NCBI GenBank assembly: GCA_030018505.1
Contig: JASEHO010000001.1
Coordinates: 1 to 58,487, forward strand
From: a bacterium
GTDB taxonomy: Bacteria; UBA9089; UBA9088; JAGUXG01
Direction of reading: 5' to 3'
DNA length: 58,487 bases
Shown here in pieces: positions 34,863-45,692 of the stretch. The notes beneath the pieces are model-generated. The model ran no database searches, was not told the origin of the DNA, and worked only from the letters and a program-made list of their open reading frames with translations. How positions within the stretch are numbered: the stretch's first letter is position 1; every line of letters starts with the position of its first letter. The translations under genes were made by a program, and so were the position numbers.

Positions 34863-36899
34863 CTACTCTACCACCTGATACCATTTTTCGTTATGCTTAA
34901 ATATTATATATTTACCAAGGCTCAATATCTTTCCCAGCCCTTTTTCCTTTGTCAGCTTAAAGTATTCATCGCTTAGCCACTTAATCTTCTCTGTCTCTTC
35001 GTTCTTATAGTCTATATCCTGCCAGATACTATTTTTTAAGATATATGTCCTACCTTCAATATATTTTACCCCAGCTACTGTTTTCGGGGCTGTTGTCTTT
35101 TCTTTCAAAGCCATCATCTCCTTAGCCATATGCACAGCCTTCTTGCCAACCTCTGCCTCTTTAAGCTCTCTGAATTTTGCCCTCTCCTCTTCTTCTGTCA
35201 CCAAAAATGATGTATATGGAGTGATAATTCCATATTCTTTGCTTAATGCTTTTATTTCAGAGATTAGCTCTTCGCTTTCTCCATACAGCCTTATCTGATC
35301 AAGAAGATAGCCTATCTTTCTTGTCGCCCATAGCCTGGGAATGAAAGGATGAGCATCAGCTTTCTCTGGAAAGACCAGTTCCTCCACAAACTCCTTCTTC
35401 TTTTCGGAAGCTAAGCCACTCATTGTTATTGTAGCTATGCCTGTTCCTTTATACCTTCCAAAGACAAGAAGCTGGCTATCAAAGAATAGGTCAGGCAGTT
35501 CCTTTGGATATAAATTGTTAGTCTCTACACCCTCTATGGAAAGAAGGATGGAGGATAAAGCAGGGTAAGCTATTTTATCATAAAATGAAGACAAAACTGC
35601 CTCAAGGTCTTCATCCTCTCTCACATAGACTGAAGCACCCTTGTTCTTCTGGGAAATAAGGTCCAAAAGATGGGTGTTGACATTATCTCCAAGACCAAAG
35701 ACAAAAATCCTATTATCCTTGTTCTTCTCTGAGACATTTTTGATAATAGCAGAGATATTCCTCTCCCCTGCTGTAGGTAGGCCATCAGTGAGAAAGATAA
35801 TAATATGTGGCTTTTTTGACTTCTCTTTTCTTATTCCAGTAAGGAGAGCCTCCTGAATGTTTGTTCCGCCCTCTGCTTGTAGATTCTTAATAAACCCTTC
35901 TGCCTCTTTTTTGGTTTTGTCGGATACCTTTACTAAGTCTTTACTGAAGGTCTCAACATCTGTGCTAAATCTGATAATATTGAACATATCTTGGGGATTC
36001 AGGCTATCAAGGCAATACTTCAAAGCCTCCTTTGCCTGAGCAATCTTCTTCCCCCTCATACTGCCAGATGTGTCTAAGATAAAGGTTATATCCTTTTGGA
36101 ATGTAGTCCTCTCTTGTTTTGGAGAAGCAAGCAGGAGAAAGAAGCCTTTCTCATCCTTTTTGTGACAAAGAACAGAGATAGAGACCTCTTCTTCTGCCAG
36201 GGTATAGTAAAGAACAAAATCTTGGTCAGGCAGGCTATTCTCTTCTTTATAAATTACAGCAACCCTATCTTCAGCCTCCCTTTTTACCTCTATCTTATGG
36301 GAGGGAGAATAGACGGATTTTATAGGGCTCTTTGATTCTATCTTCACCTTTATTTCAATATCCCTGATGGCTTTTCCTGTATATTTTTCTATATCTAAGG
36401 GATACCTATATTTCACCACCTTTCCTTCTTTCTTTAAGACCTCTTCATATTTTAATCCAATCTGTTTCTTCCTGAGGGCTGGGATAGGATAAACCCTGCA
36501 CTTAAAGAGGTTTCTGCCTATATACTCTAAAAGCCCTGGATCTTTCATTCTGCGGACAATATCCTCATAGATTTTCCTGGCTTCATCTTTGTCCAGAATC
36601 TGTCCGATGAGCTTTTTCTCCTCAAAAAATAAAGAAAATTCTGAGATAGCAGACTCCTCTGGGAGGGGAAAGAGGTATGTCCCTTCAATATCGTATGGAT
36701 AGGGGTTAATGAATGCCTGGTCTATAGAGGTAGAAGCCAACTGCTCCTTTATCTGGACATTCACATAGTGGTAATCTACGGCCAGAGCTGGTTGTTGAGG
36801 AATATCTGGTTTGGGCGGTCTTGGGATGATAATACCATCAGCCCAGGAGAGGGTAAGTAGCAGACAATAGGTAATGGGTAGCAAGAAAATCTTCTTCAT
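34863..36899 (-). CDS. Secreted VIT + von Willebrand factor A domain protein
   Basis: Signal peptide, a VIT-like N-terminus (YHYVNVQIKEQLASTSIDQAFINPYPYDIEGTYLFPLP), and vWA MIDAS ITFILDTSGSMRG. Confidence 0.8.
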   Translation of the reverse strand: MKKIFLLPITYCLLLTLSWADGIIIPRPPKPDIPQQPALAVDYHYVNVQIKEQLASTSIDQAFINPYPYDIEGTYLFPLPEESAISEFSLFFEEKKLIGQILDKDEARKIYEDIVRRMKDPGLLEYIGRNLFKCRVYPIPALRKKQIGLKYEEVLKKEGKVVKYRYPLDIEKYTGKAIRDIEIKVKIESKSPIKSVYSPSHKIEVKREAEDRVAVIYKEENSLPDQDFVLYYTLAEEEVSISVLCHKKDEKGFFLLLASPKQERTTFQKDITFILDTSGSMRGKKIAQAKEALKYCLDSLNPQDMFNIIRFSTDVETFSKDLVKVSDKTKKEAEGFIKNLQAEGGTNIQEALLTGIRKEKSKKPHIIIFLTDGLPTAGERNISAIIKNVSEKNKDNRIFVFGLGDNVNTHLLDLISQKNKGASVYVREDEDLEAVLSSFYDKIAYPALSSILLSIEGVETNNLYPKELPDLFFDSQLLVFGRYKGTGIATITMSGLASEKKKEFVEELVFPEKADAHPFIPRLWATRKIGYLLDQIRLYGESEELISEIKALSKEYGIITPYTSFLVTEEEERAKFRELKEAEVGKKAVHMAKEMMALKEKTTAPKTVAGVKYIEGRTYILKNSIWQDIDYKNEETEKIKWLSDEYFKLTKEKGLGKILSLGKYIIFKHNEKWYQVVE

Positions 36900-38638
36900 T
36901 TCAACTTATATATAGCAATATCAGGGTTAAGAATGCTCCAGGGATAGTCTTTCTCGTTCTCGTTCTTAAATTTGATTCCAAAGATAGAAGGGGGTTTATC
37001 AAACCTTTTTATCTCCTGATATTGAGAGTTTATGATTGTCTTAAGCCCTTCAGGGACTTGATGAACATTTCTTGCCCAAACAAAATATTGAGGCAAGTTG
37101 TTATCTAAATCTTTTTCTCCCCACCATTTATCCTTTTCCCACCACCTGATTTTATACTTAAATGGGTTTACCAAAGGAGCAGCAAATGGAGTAGGCTGAT
37201 TACAGTATCCGATACTTGCACCTTCCTCTATATTGGCCATCATCCATTTTCCAGATACAAGCCTTATATCCTCCTCAACAAACAATCTATCACAAGCCAA
37301 GGAATATGTAAAAGTGTAGGCTGAAACAGCCAAAAGAATGGCTAATGTAACCCATCGGATTATCCTTTTCTTCTCTAATCCAGTTCCTATAACCCTTGCT
37401 CCCAAGAGTATTAAAAAAGGCAGGAGCCATAGCCCATAGTGGATGTAATTATATGAAGTTGCACTGATGTAAAGATACCCAGGAAAGATAAAGGATAGAA
37501 GTAAGATGTCCTTCTTTTCTCTTTTATACAAGGAAAAGAGGAAACCTGCAGTTATGACAATGAGCAATGGCCATCCACAGCCTGCTGATAAGCTTGCCTT
37601 AAAATAGTAAAAGCAATGTTCAATGGTAAGATTAAAAGGAAGGCATCTTGACAGAAACTTGAACTCATTGACAGCTTTATCTATAGAGACCAAAATGTAT
37701 GGGTTGACAAGCAAATATGATACTATCAAGGCAATTATGGATAAAAATATCCTCTTTTCAAAGATGGAAAGAATTGCTATTCTTCGCTGAGAGACCCGTT
37801 TGATTAGATGGGCTATTAGTATAGTAAGAAAGATAGACCCAAATGGAATCAAGGTTCCACAAGCTATGCCAGTAAAGATGCCAGAAAGGATATAATTAGA
37901 ATACTTATCAGAGTCCAAAATCTTAACAGCATAATAAAATGCAAGGAGATAAAAAGGCAGATTAAAGACATAAGGCTTCATATAGTGGCTGAAAATAGGT
38001 ATTGCTGGCGTAAGACTTAAAAAAAGCGCGGCTATTAAACCAACATTTTTATTATAAAGCAAGGAGCCAAGCAGATAGAATATGTATATAGCTAAAACTC
38101 CCATTAATGCTCCTATCAACCGACCCATAATAAAGATTTTTCCCATTTCGGAAGGATTAAGAAAATAGTATGAGGTATCAGGAGATATGGTGAGAAGATT
38201 AAGGACTGAGGCTATTTTAAGAGATATGGCTACAGAATAGATGTATAATCCTCCATAACTAAAATAATTGGGATTGAAGTCTAAGTTTTTTGGATTCATA
38301 TTTCCCAAAGCAACCAGAGGAACATGTTCATCAGGATAGTAAGAGCGAAGAAGGAAGGAACGAAGAGAGCCTATAAGATATTTAGACATCTTCCTCTCTT
38401 TTGAATCAACTACTACATCATAATAATCCTCCTGAATATTAGTAGGGACACCAAAATATTTTGTTTTAGCATAGATCTCATCTCTGGTCTCCTTCATTAT
38501 CGCCGATAGATCTTTTATCTCTTGCTCATTAGAGAAGAGCAATTTTAGACGCTCCTTACTTGGAATCCCTCCCCATATTCCATAAGTATTTAAGAATAAG
38601 GAGACCAAACAAATAGCTGCTAAACAAATTTTTTTCAT
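36896..38638 (-). CDS. GT-C fold (ArnT/PMT-like) polytopic membrane glycosyltransferase
   Basis: More than 10 predicted TM helices, a YYPDEHVP acidic loop motif, and a ~100-aa C-terminal soluble domain. 4-nt overlaps on both sides. Confidence 0.55.
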   Translation of the reverse strand: MKKICLAAICLVSLFLNTYGIWGGIPSKERLKLLFSNEQEIKDLSAIMKETRDEIYAKTKYFGVPTNIQEDYYDVVVDSKERKMSKYLIGSLRSFLLRSYYPDEHVPLVALGNMNPKNLDFNPNYFSYGGLYIYSVAISLKIASVLNLLTISPDTSYYFLNPSEMGKIFIMGRLIGALMGVLAIYIFYLLGSLLYNKNVGLIAALFLSLTPAIPIFSHYMKPYVFNLPFYLLAFYYAVKILDSDKYSNYILSGIFTGIACGTLIPFGSIFLTILIAHLIKRVSQRRIAILSIFEKRIFLSIIALIVSYLLVNPYILVSIDKAVNEFKFLSRCLPFNLTIEHCFYYFKASLSAGCGWPLLIVITAGFLFSLYKREKKDILLLSFIFPGYLYISATSYNYIHYGLWLLPFLILLGARVIGTGLEKKRIIRWVTLAILLAVSAYTFTYSLACDRLFVEEDIRLVSGKWMMANIEEGASIGYCNQPTPFAAPLVNPFKYKIRWWEKDKWWGEKDLDNNLPQYFVWARNVHQVPEGLKTIINSQYQEIKRFDKPPSIFGIKFKNENEKDYPWSILNPDIAIYKLK

Positions 38639-38997
38639 ATATCCTCCCTATCTTTTAATCTCTCTTTTAAGAGACTAATCTCTTGCACTAACAAAACAAT
38701 CATCTTGTGATTACGATTTGACTTAAGCACCAGCCTGTAAAGATAAATGAATATTATTAAGAAAAGCAAACCAAAGAATACAAAAAATAGATATCCAACG
38801 CCAATCAATGCTGCAAGTACTACTGCAATCTTCGGAAAGAAGACAAAAATAGTTGGAACAATAGCCACTGTTGACAAAAGTAACAGATCATATAAATCTA
38901 TATCATTTTTGACAGCTTTTCTTATAATAAGGAATAGATAGAGTACCAAGAAGAGCAGGATAAAAATAGTTGTCTGAAGCGTTGGTTGGTATGTCAT
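38635..38997 (-). CDS. Small membrane protein (DUF2304-like), commonly paired with GT2 enzymes
   Basis: 120 aa with 3-4 TM helices and a basic/coiled C-terminus. Overlapping start and stop codons indicate translational coupling. Confidence 0.4.
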   Translation of the reverse strand: MTYQPTLQTTIFILLFLVLYLFLIIRKAVKNDIDLYDLLLLSTVAIVPTIFVFFPKIAVVLAALIGVGYLFFVFFGLLFLIIFIYLYRLVLKSNRNHKMIVLLVQEISLLKERLKDREDI

Positions 38998-39704
38998 AGT
39001 CGCATCAACCTTCCCAAACGCATAAGAATTATATAGCCAATAACCCTTAACATATAGGTCAATTTCTTCCTTCCTGTAATTGAACTGTTTCCATATTTTC
39101 GTAAGTTCATCGTTACTGGCACCTCTTGAACACTGAGCCCAGATTCTAATGCCTTTGCTACTGCGATTGGCTCTGGAAAGTCCTCATGGTAGTCTTTTGA
39201 AAATATATCCATAGCTTTTCTGTCCATTAATCTCAATCCGCTTGTTGGGTCTGTAATCTTCGTTCCATATAACCATTTTATAGCAGTGCCAATAAGATTA
39301 ATCCCTAATCTTCGTGCCCAGGTTGAACGAAAACCCTCTTCTTTGATAAATCTTGAGCCTATAACTAAATTAGCTGAAGATTTCTTGTAGTTTTCTATCA
39401 GAAGACGAGTCTGATCGGGTGGATGTTGACCATCACCATCCACCTGGATGCATAGATCATAATTCTTCTCCCTGGCATACTTTATGCCAGTTTGAACAGC
39501 ACCTCCAATACCCAGGTTAGTTATTAATCTAATACAGGAAGAAAGATGAGAGGCTATAGTATATGTTTCATCGCAAGAACCATCATCTATCACTATGGTA
39601 TCATAACCTTCTTTTAATCCCCTGATTTCTTCCAGGAGTTTACCAATATTTGAGGCTTCATTAAAACAAGGAATCACCAATAAGATACTTAATTTATCTT
39701 CCAC
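38994..39704 (-). CDS. Family 2 glycosyltransferase (polyprenyl-phosphate sugar synthase, ArnC/DPM1-like)
   Basis: LLVIPCFNEASNI...TIVIDDGSCDET...QVDGDGQH. GTG start. Confidence 0.75.
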   Translation of the reverse strand: MEDKLSILLVIPCFNEASNIGKLLEEIRGLKEGYDTIVIDDGSCDETYTIASHLSSCIRLITNLGIGGAVQTGIKYAREKNYDLCIQVDGDGQHPPDQTRLLIENYKKSSANLVIGSRFIKEEGFRSTWARRLGINLIGTAIKWLYGTKITDPTSGLRLMDRKAMDIFSKDYHEDFPEPIAVAKALESGLSVQEVPVTMNLRKYGNSSITGRKKLTYMLRVIGYIILMRLGRLMRL

Positions 39705-39712
39705 AATCCTTA

Positions 39713-39741
39713 ATTTTACAGCAAGTTTAAGAAACTTGCAA
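39713..39741 (-). promoter_or_regulatory. Sigma70-like promoter (minus strand): TTGCAA-N17-TAAAAT, ending 8 nt before the GTG at 39704
   Basis: The reverse complement reads ttgcaa gtttcttaaacttgctg taaaat taaggatt GTG. Confidence 0.35.
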
Positions 39742-39773
39742 GTTTATTACTTTATGCCGAAAAAGAAATTGGC

Positions 39774-41291
39774 TCACCAAAATCGGTATACATATTTTTT
39801 TAATAGTCCTTGCAAACGATATTTTAATAATAACCAATAGATAAAGAGTATCCTCCGTGGTAGATTCTCCACCTTAGTGCGTGGCATTCCAACCAATGCC
39901 CTTATTGCGGAAAGCCAAAGGTCTCCTCCCTTTTTAAGCTTTTCAAAAAGGAATACTTTAATCAGTTCACAGCGTCTGGCTTCCAATCTTTTCCAACCAA
40001 TTCGTCCTTTCGGACTAAAGCTTATTAAAGCATTCTGGGAAGTAAACTCAATGCTCTTTTGTTTATAGAGAGAGCTTCCAGCTAATGGAGCTATGATAAA
40101 AACAGCTACCTCGTCAAGCCCTTTTCGTATTAACGAATACAGATAATCACAGGAAAGATTATGATCTTCTTCGGATTCTGTGGGATGACCAACCAAAAAG
40201 CAGGCTTGCGTATAGATTCCATGTTTACGACAGGATTCTACTAACAATTCACCATGGCTATGGGAAAAACTTTTTCCTATAGCCTTGAGCACCTTTTTGC
40301 TCCCTGATTCAGGGCTGATAGAGATATATCTACAGCCTGCTTTGGCATAGAGAGGCACTTTATCAAGTTTTATGGTTTCAGCCTTAGTGCCACTCACAAA
40401 ATAAAAATATACCCCAGCCTTCTTCTCTATCAATAGATTACATATATCATTCCATTGGGAGGTATTTGCAGTTGGATTAAGGTCTTCAATCTGAAAATGA
40501 TAGACAGAGAATAGGTTACGAAGTTCAATCATCTCATTTACCACCTCCTCTGGTTCTCTTGGTCGCCATCGCCTAATGTTTGTCTCTGGAATTACACAAA
40601 AATCACAAGAAAAGGGACAGCCGCGTGAAGTCAACATAGGAAAAAACCGATTTGTCTTGGGACCGTGAGAGTAAGGAATAGACCAATAATTTTTTAGAGG
40701 AAAGAGTTCCCATGCTGGTATAGGATAACTCGGTTTCATATTGAACTTACGATTTACCTTCCTCTCAGACAAATTTGGCGCGAGAATATTCTCGCAAGGC
40801 TCGCCTTTTGGATCTTTGAGAAAGGCAATAATCTCATTCCAATTCCAATACACCTCTCCACATAACAAGGCATTTGCACCAGCATCAAAGAACTCTTCGG
40901 CAGAATAATCAAGGGCATACCCTGTAACTGCTTGTGAGTTTTCTAATATAGCAATAGTTGCATGAGGTTTATGTTTTTTAATCGCCGTGGCAATAGAGAG
41001 AATCTCCTTATGTGACATATAGGAGAGGGCATATACTATAACTATATCAGCATCAACTACTTCCTGCGTTCTAATAAAATGCTGAAATGGTCTTCCTTGA
41101 AGATAATAATCATCTCTTTCTTCAAGAGTTGTTGGAGAGCTACCAAATAGGTCTATTACTGACACCTTTTCTCCTCGAAGTTTCAAAAAAGCTGCCAGCA
41201 CTGCCATTTCTATTGGCCAATATGGAATGCCTGAACCCAAGAAGTCACCTTTTTGCACAGCAATTCTTGGAGATACCAATGTGATGTGCAT
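39774..41291 (-). CDS. B12-binding-domain radical SAM enzyme
   Basis: LTSRGCPFSCDFCVIP (CxxxCxxC motif) after an N-terminal cobalamin-binding-like Rossmann domain. The ATG at 41291 lies 2 nt after the upstream stop. Confidence 0.8.
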   Translation of the reverse strand: MHITLVSPRIAVQKGDFLGSGIPYWPIEMAVLAAFLKLRGEKVSVIDLFGSSPTTLEERDDYYLQGRPFQHFIRTQEVVDADIVIVYALSYMSHKEILSIATAIKKHKPHATIAILENSQAVTGYALDYSAEEFFDAGANALLCGEVYWNWNEIIAFLKDPKGEPCENILAPNLSERKVNRKFNMKPSYPIPAWELFPLKNYWSIPYSHGPKTNRFFPMLTSRGCPFSCDFCVIPETNIRRWRPREPEEVVNEMIELRNLFSVYHFQIEDLNPTANTSQWNDICNLLIEKKAGVYFYFVSGTKAETIKLDKVPLYAKAGCRYISISPESGSKKVLKAIGKSFSHSHGELLVESCRKHGIYTQACFLVGHPTESEEDHNLSCDYLYSLIRKGLDEVAVFIIAPLAGSSLYKQKSIEFTSQNALISFSPKGRIGWKRLEARRCELIKVFLFEKLKKGGDLWLSAIRALVGMPRTKVENLPRRILFIYWLLLKYRLQGLLKKYVYRFW

Positions 41292-41292
41292 A

Positions 41293-42714
41293 TCAATCAA
41301 GCACAGGATAATAGCTTGTCCTTTTCCTTTCTTCTTTCCACATAATATCGGCATCACCTTCCTTGCGGTTGATTAGCCATCTAGCCATTCCATAGCCTAT
41401 ATCCATAGCATCAAGGGTACCAATATAGCTAAAGCTACCCTGACGACCTATGGTTCTAAAATTTTTAAATTGATCTAAGTAATCCAATATCTCTGATAAG
41501 ATTGGGGAAAAACCGGTCCAAAAGACAGGATATGATAGAGGCAGGCGAATGACACGCTGATCAATAATTGAAAAACCATCATACCCCATATCAGCCAATC
41601 CTTTCTTTGTAGAAGCAATAAGCTCTTCATCTGAAAGTTTGTTCATTGGTCTGGTAGGATTGCTCATAATCTCGCAACAGACGATGCTACCATTTGGTGT
41701 CATCCCTGGGTCAAACGACTCTTGTTCGCTCAGCCTGTGAAAGATAATTTCCGAATCTGGTATAAATACCCAAGAATCATCTAAGAGGCTTTGCTTGTCT
41801 ATCTTGAAGAATATCATAATAAGGTCATTAAGTTGAATACCTTTCTTTATCTTCTCTGCTGTGGTAGAATTGATCCCATTTCCCATAAGCTTCGGAATCT
41901 CTTGTAAAGGAAGGGTCGAGACGACAACATCATCTTTATCAAGAATAATCTCCTCTTCCTTTTTAGTAATTCGGTCTTTATACCGAATTCTTTTGATTAT
42001 GCTATCCTCAGCGATTATGGCAAAAACCTCCTTGTTTACCAAAAACCTTCCTTGATTTTGGGACTTAGACAGGATAGCCTCCCATACCCTTTGGAGTCCA
42101 CCTTTAGGATAGTAAAACTCAAGGGCTTCAAATTTACTTGCAGTGCGGATTTTTAAGGTTTTAACAATTACCTCAAATAAAGATGGTGTCTGGACTCTGC
42201 TTTTTGAAAGACTTACATCTAATTTTGTAGGGTCCCCCCAGAGCTTCAAAGCAATAGGCTTAAATAGTGTTTCATAAATGCCCTGGCCAAGACGAGCTTT
42301 CAAATCTTTCTCAAAGGTTAATTCAGTATTTTCCTTCTTTAAGTGAATGCGGGCAATAATCAAATCAAAGATTTTCCCTAAAAACCCTATTGGTCCATAG
42401 ATACTAATAAGCGAAAAAGGAGACGGCGGATACGGCAAAAAATGCTTTTTTATATATATACTGCTTTTCTTTGGTCTAACCAACCAATCATTGCTTTTTA
42501 AAAGGTTCTTAACCCGAGCCATTAGAGGCTTGTTTAAGGAAAATATCTTGTGAGGACCAAGGTCATGGAAGCCGTGATTATCCCATTTTAGGGTTTGAGA
42601 AAGCCCACCAACCTCAGGCTCTTTTTCAATGACAACAAAGGGAATCTTTGAGTCTAAAAGCCCATCGGAAAGTGCAAGTGCAGTTGGTCCCCCTCCTAAT
42701 ATGTATATGGTCAT
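41293..42714 (-). CDS. FAD/NAD(P)-binding oxidoreductase (amine oxidase / desaturase / UDP-galactopyranose mutase-like)
   Basis: The N-terminal IYILGGGPTALALS...VVIEKEPEVGGLS is a dinucleotide-binding motif. Confidence 0.65.
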   Translation of the reverse strand: MTIYILGGGPTALALSDGLLDSKIPFVVIEKEPEVGGLSQTLKWDNHGFHDLGPHKIFSLNKPLMARVKNLLKSNDWLVRPKKSSIYIKKHFLPYPPSPFSLISIYGPIGFLGKIFDLIIARIHLKKENTELTFEKDLKARLGQGIYETLFKPIALKLWGDPTKLDVSLSKSRVQTPSLFEVIVKTLKIRTASKFEALEFYYPKGGLQRVWEAILSKSQNQGRFLVNKEVFAIIAEDSIIKRIRYKDRITKKEEEIILDKDDVVVSTLPLQEIPKLMGNGINSTTAEKIKKGIQLNDLIMIFFKIDKQSLLDDSWVFIPDSEIIFHRLSEQESFDPGMTPNGSIVCCEIMSNPTRPMNKLSDEELIASTKKGLADMGYDGFSIIDQRVIRLPLSYPVFWTGFSPILSEILDYLDQFKNFRTIGRQGSFSYIGTLDAMDIGYGMARWLINRKEGDADIMWKEERKRTSYYPVLD

Positions 42715-42755
42715 TATTTCTTAGCTATCTAACCTATTTTTAGTTTTGTCCATAT

Positions 42756-42785
42756 TTGACAGGTCTAAAAAATAGTTGGTATAAT
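42756..42785 (+). promoter_or_regulatory. Orphan consensus promoter, TTGACA-N18-TATAAT, on the plus strand with no plus-strand gene downstream
   Basis: -35 at 42756-42761 and -10 at 42780-42785. It points antisense into the methyltransferase gene at 42826-43719. Confidence 0.35.
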
Positions 42786-42825
42786 CGCCGAAAAACAAAG
42801 ATAATATCGCGAAATTTTTCCCTAA

Positions 42826-43719
42826 TTATTCTAATCTTGCAATAGCTGTTGTTTGGCTTGCATAGTATGGAATTGGAATCTGTTGAATAAACTTTGGTGT
42901 CCGCCTTTTCAAAAATTTGCTAAGCGGTATTTTGTAATGGATGGCCATATCTTCTAAGTATCCAAATTCCAATATCTGCCAGTATTTTTGAAAGCAAAAG
43001 ACTTCAAAACCTGTGTAGTTACAAATCTTCTTAATAGTCTCTTGCGTGAAATAGTGTAAATGGACAGAGAGTAACCACCAAAATCTCTTACCAGCAATCT
43101 TTGCCATTAAAGTTCCTATATCCGGGTAGTTGATAAGTAAGATGCCACCTGGTTTTATTAAGGCTCGTATCTTAAGAAGACTGTTTTTTGGGTCTGTCAG
43201 ATGTTCAAGGACATCCCAAAGGCAGACCATATCAAAGCTCTCTTTAGGAAAAGGATGGTTATCTATCGTGCCTTGCTCAATCTTAAGATTCCGTCTCTTT
43301 CCTTCATTAACAAGAAAGAGGGAGGGTTCTAACCCTATAGCTACATATCCAAATCTCTCTGCCGCTTCTAAGAATGCACCTCCTGCTGTCCCGATATCCA
43401 GAACTTTTGCACCCTTAGGTGGAATAACCTTGCTTAATGGCTTCAAAGCCCTATAAAAACTATTGACCCGCATTTGATATTGGCTGTCGTGTCCAGCTTC
43501 CATAGAGCTTGTATAACCTTCTAATATAACCTTTTCAGGAAACCTCGGATTTTCATAGATCATTTCGCAATCTTTACAGGTAACTAATCTTTGGGTCCCT
43601 TGAATACCCGAGGCAGCACCATAGAGCTTAACAGGGTCATCCACATCTACCCAAGGCTCATATAAAACCTTTGAATGCTCAGAGGAACATATAGGACAAG
43701 GAATATATTCTTTTTTCAC
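42826..43719 (-). CDS. Class I SAM-dependent methyltransferase with an N-terminal zinc ribbon
   Basis: CPICSS...CKDCEM, then [11 protein letters not shown] (motif I). Confidence 0.7.
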   Translation of the reverse strand: MKKEYIPCPICSSEHSKVLYEPWVDVDDPVKLYGAASGIQGTQRLVTCKDCEMIYENPRFPEKVILEGYTSSMEAGHDSQYQMRVNSFYRALKPLSKVIPPKGAKVLDIGTAGGAFLEAAERFGYVAIGLEPSLFLVNEGKRRNLKIEQGTIDNHPFPKESFDMVCLWDVLEHLTDPKNSLLKIRALIKPGGILLINYPDIGTLMAKIAGKRFWWLLSVHLHYFTQETIKKICNYTGFEVFCFQKYWQILEFGYLEDMAIHYKIPLSKFLKRRTPKFIQQIPIPYYASQTTAIARLE

Positions 43720-44693
43720 TTTTCACCATTCTCAAGCCCTTTTACCCTTTTTATCAGTTCAGGAAGCTGGTTAATAGAGGCAATAAGCCTTTTTTCTTTT
43801 TGATGGTCCTTGGCTGGAAAGCCAGATACGACTTTTCCATCCCCTATATTCTTTGTCACCACAGCCCTGGCTGCAATCTTCACATTCTTTCCTATCTTTA
43901 TGTGATCTGATATGCCAACCTGACCAGCAATTATAGTATTGTCTCCAATCTGGACAGAGCCTGATATTCCTACCTGAGCAACAATAACGCAGTTCTTTCC
44001 GATTACGCAATTATGGGCTATCTGGACTAAGTTGTCTATCTTTGTGCCTGCACCAATCACTGTAGAGCCTGTAGTTCCGCAGTCAATAGTTGTGTTTGCC
44101 CCTATCTCAACCTCATCTTCTATCACAACATTTCCTTGGTGAGGAACCTTCACATTCTCGCCGTTATGCTGAAGATACCCAAAGCCATCACTGCCTATCA
44201 CCACGCCACTATGGACAATCACACCCTTTCCTATCCTTGCCCTTTTTATCACTACCTGTGGATAGATTATCGTGCCTTTGTCAATAGAGACATCCTTTCC
44301 TATATAAACATTGGGATAAATGATGACCTTATCTCCTATCCTTGCGCCGTCCTCTATAACTGACCCTGCACCAATAGCCACATCCTTTCCGAGCACTGCC
44401 TTTCCTATCACAGCCAATTTATGAATTCCAGAGGGATGGTTTGTCCTGGCAAACTCTGAAAGTAGTTTACAGAAACTTAATTTAGGGTTTTGGACGATAA
44501 TATAGGGTAGGCCGCTGGGATTAACCCCATCTTTTACCAGAATAGCACTTGCCTTTGCTTCCTTCTTTCCGTTTGTAGCAAAGGTAATATCCCCAGCCTC
44601 TGCTTCATCAAGCCCGGCTACACCTGTTATCTCAATATCTGGGTCTCCAAAAAGCCTTCCTTCAACAATTTCAGCTACCTTACTTAGTTTCAT
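43716..44693 (-). CDS. lpxD: UDP-3-O-acylglucosamine N-acyltransferase
   Basis: Left-handed beta-helix hexapeptide repeats, plus [22 protein letters not shown]. Confidence 0.9.
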   Translation of the reverse strand: MKLSKVAEIVEGRLFGDPDIEITGVAGLDEAEAGDITFATNGKKEAKASAILVKDGVNPSGLPYIIVQNPKLSFCKLLSEFARTNHPSGIHKLAVIGKAVLGKDVAIGAGSVIEDGARIGDKVIIYPNVYIGKDVSIDKGTIIYPQVVIKRARIGKGVIVHSGVVIGSDGFGYLQHNGENVKVPHQGNVVIEDEVEIGANTTIDCGTTGSTVIGAGTKIDNLVQIAHNCVIGKNCVIVAQVGISGSVQIGDNTIIAGQVGISDHIKIGKNVKIAARAVVTKNIGDGKVVSGFPAKDHQKEKRLIASINQLPELIKRVKGLENGEK

Positions 44694-45177
44694 CCTTTTT
44701 GGGATTTACCCTCTCTATTATCTCGTCTGTAATCTCGCTGGTTGGGGTTCCATAAATAACACTGTTTTTATCTAAGATAAGGTCTATTCCCTTCTCTTTA
44801 GCTAAAACCTCAATTGCCTCATATATCTTTTTGTTTATTTCTGCCTCTAATTTTGTTCTTTTTTCCTCTAATGAAGATAAGGCAGATTGACGAGATTTTT
44901 CTAACTTTTCCAGCTTGACCTTGATGGTTGCTTCCTTTCTCCTTCTTGCCTCTTCTGAGAGGGGCTTGGTTAGCTCTTCCCTCATAGCCAATATCTCTTC
45001 CTCAGCCACCTTTAGTTCAGTCTGCTTCTGCTCTACCTCCTTATTTAGAGCCTCACTGGCATTCCTTGTCTCCGGGTGGCTACTAAAGACCTTTTGGCTA
45101 TCTATGAAGGCAATATTCATCCCACATGCTGGAAGCCCGAGCAGCATTACCCACAATAATGCTTTAGATACTTTCAT
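44680..45177 (-). CDS. skp: OmpH/Skp periplasmic chaperone
   Basis: Signal peptide, [10 protein letters not shown], a long coiled coil, and a position upstream of lpxD. Confidence 0.8.
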   Translation of the reverse strand: MKVSKALLWVMLLGLPACGMNIAFIDSQKVFSSHPETRNASEALNKEVEQKQTELKVAEEEILAMREELTKPLSEEARRRKEATIKVKLEKLEKSRQSALSSLEEKRTKLEAEINKKIYEAIEVLAKEKGIDLILDKNSVIYGTPTSEITDEIIERVNPKKDETK

Positions 45178-45692
45178 TTTTTACCTCCTATCTTTATAAT
45201 TTTATCTCTCACCTCATCAATGGTAAGGCTTGATGTATCAACAACATAGTCTGCTGACTCTTCATACAGCCAGGTTCTTCTTCTCAGCAGATTCTCTATC
45301 CTCTCAAGAGGATTAGAAACATTAACTAATGGTCTTGTTGAGTCATCCTTTATTCTATTATATATTACTGAGGGTGTTGTTTTCAAATAAAATATCAAAC
45401 CATTCCTTTTTAGATTAAAAATGTTCTCTGGATTTAACACAACACCCCCACCTGTTGAGATTATCCAGCCCCTTCTCTCAGAAAGACTTTCTATCACTTC
45501 TATCTCTTTGTCTCTGAAATAGCTCTCTCCATCCTCCTCAAAGATTTGAGATATTGGTCTTTTTTCTTCTGCCTCAATGACCCCATCGCTGTCAACATAA
45601 GGAAGGTTTAGCTTCATGGAAAGGGCTTTTCCAACAGATGTCTTTCCTGAACCCATAAAACCGATGAGAACAATGTTTTTTACCATAGACAT
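45174..45692 (-). CDS. aroK: Shikimate kinase
   Basis: IVLIGFMGSGKTSVGKALS, plus ISTGGGVV. Confidence 0.9.
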   Translation of the reverse strand: MSMVKNIVLIGFMGSGKTSVGKALSMKLNLPYVDSDGVIEAEEKRPISQIFEEDGESYFRDKEIEVIESLSERRGWIISTGGGVVLNPENIFNLKRNGLIFYLKTTPSVIYNRIKDDSTRPLVNVSNPLERIENLLRRRTWLYEESADYVVDTSSLTIDEVRDKIIKIGGKK

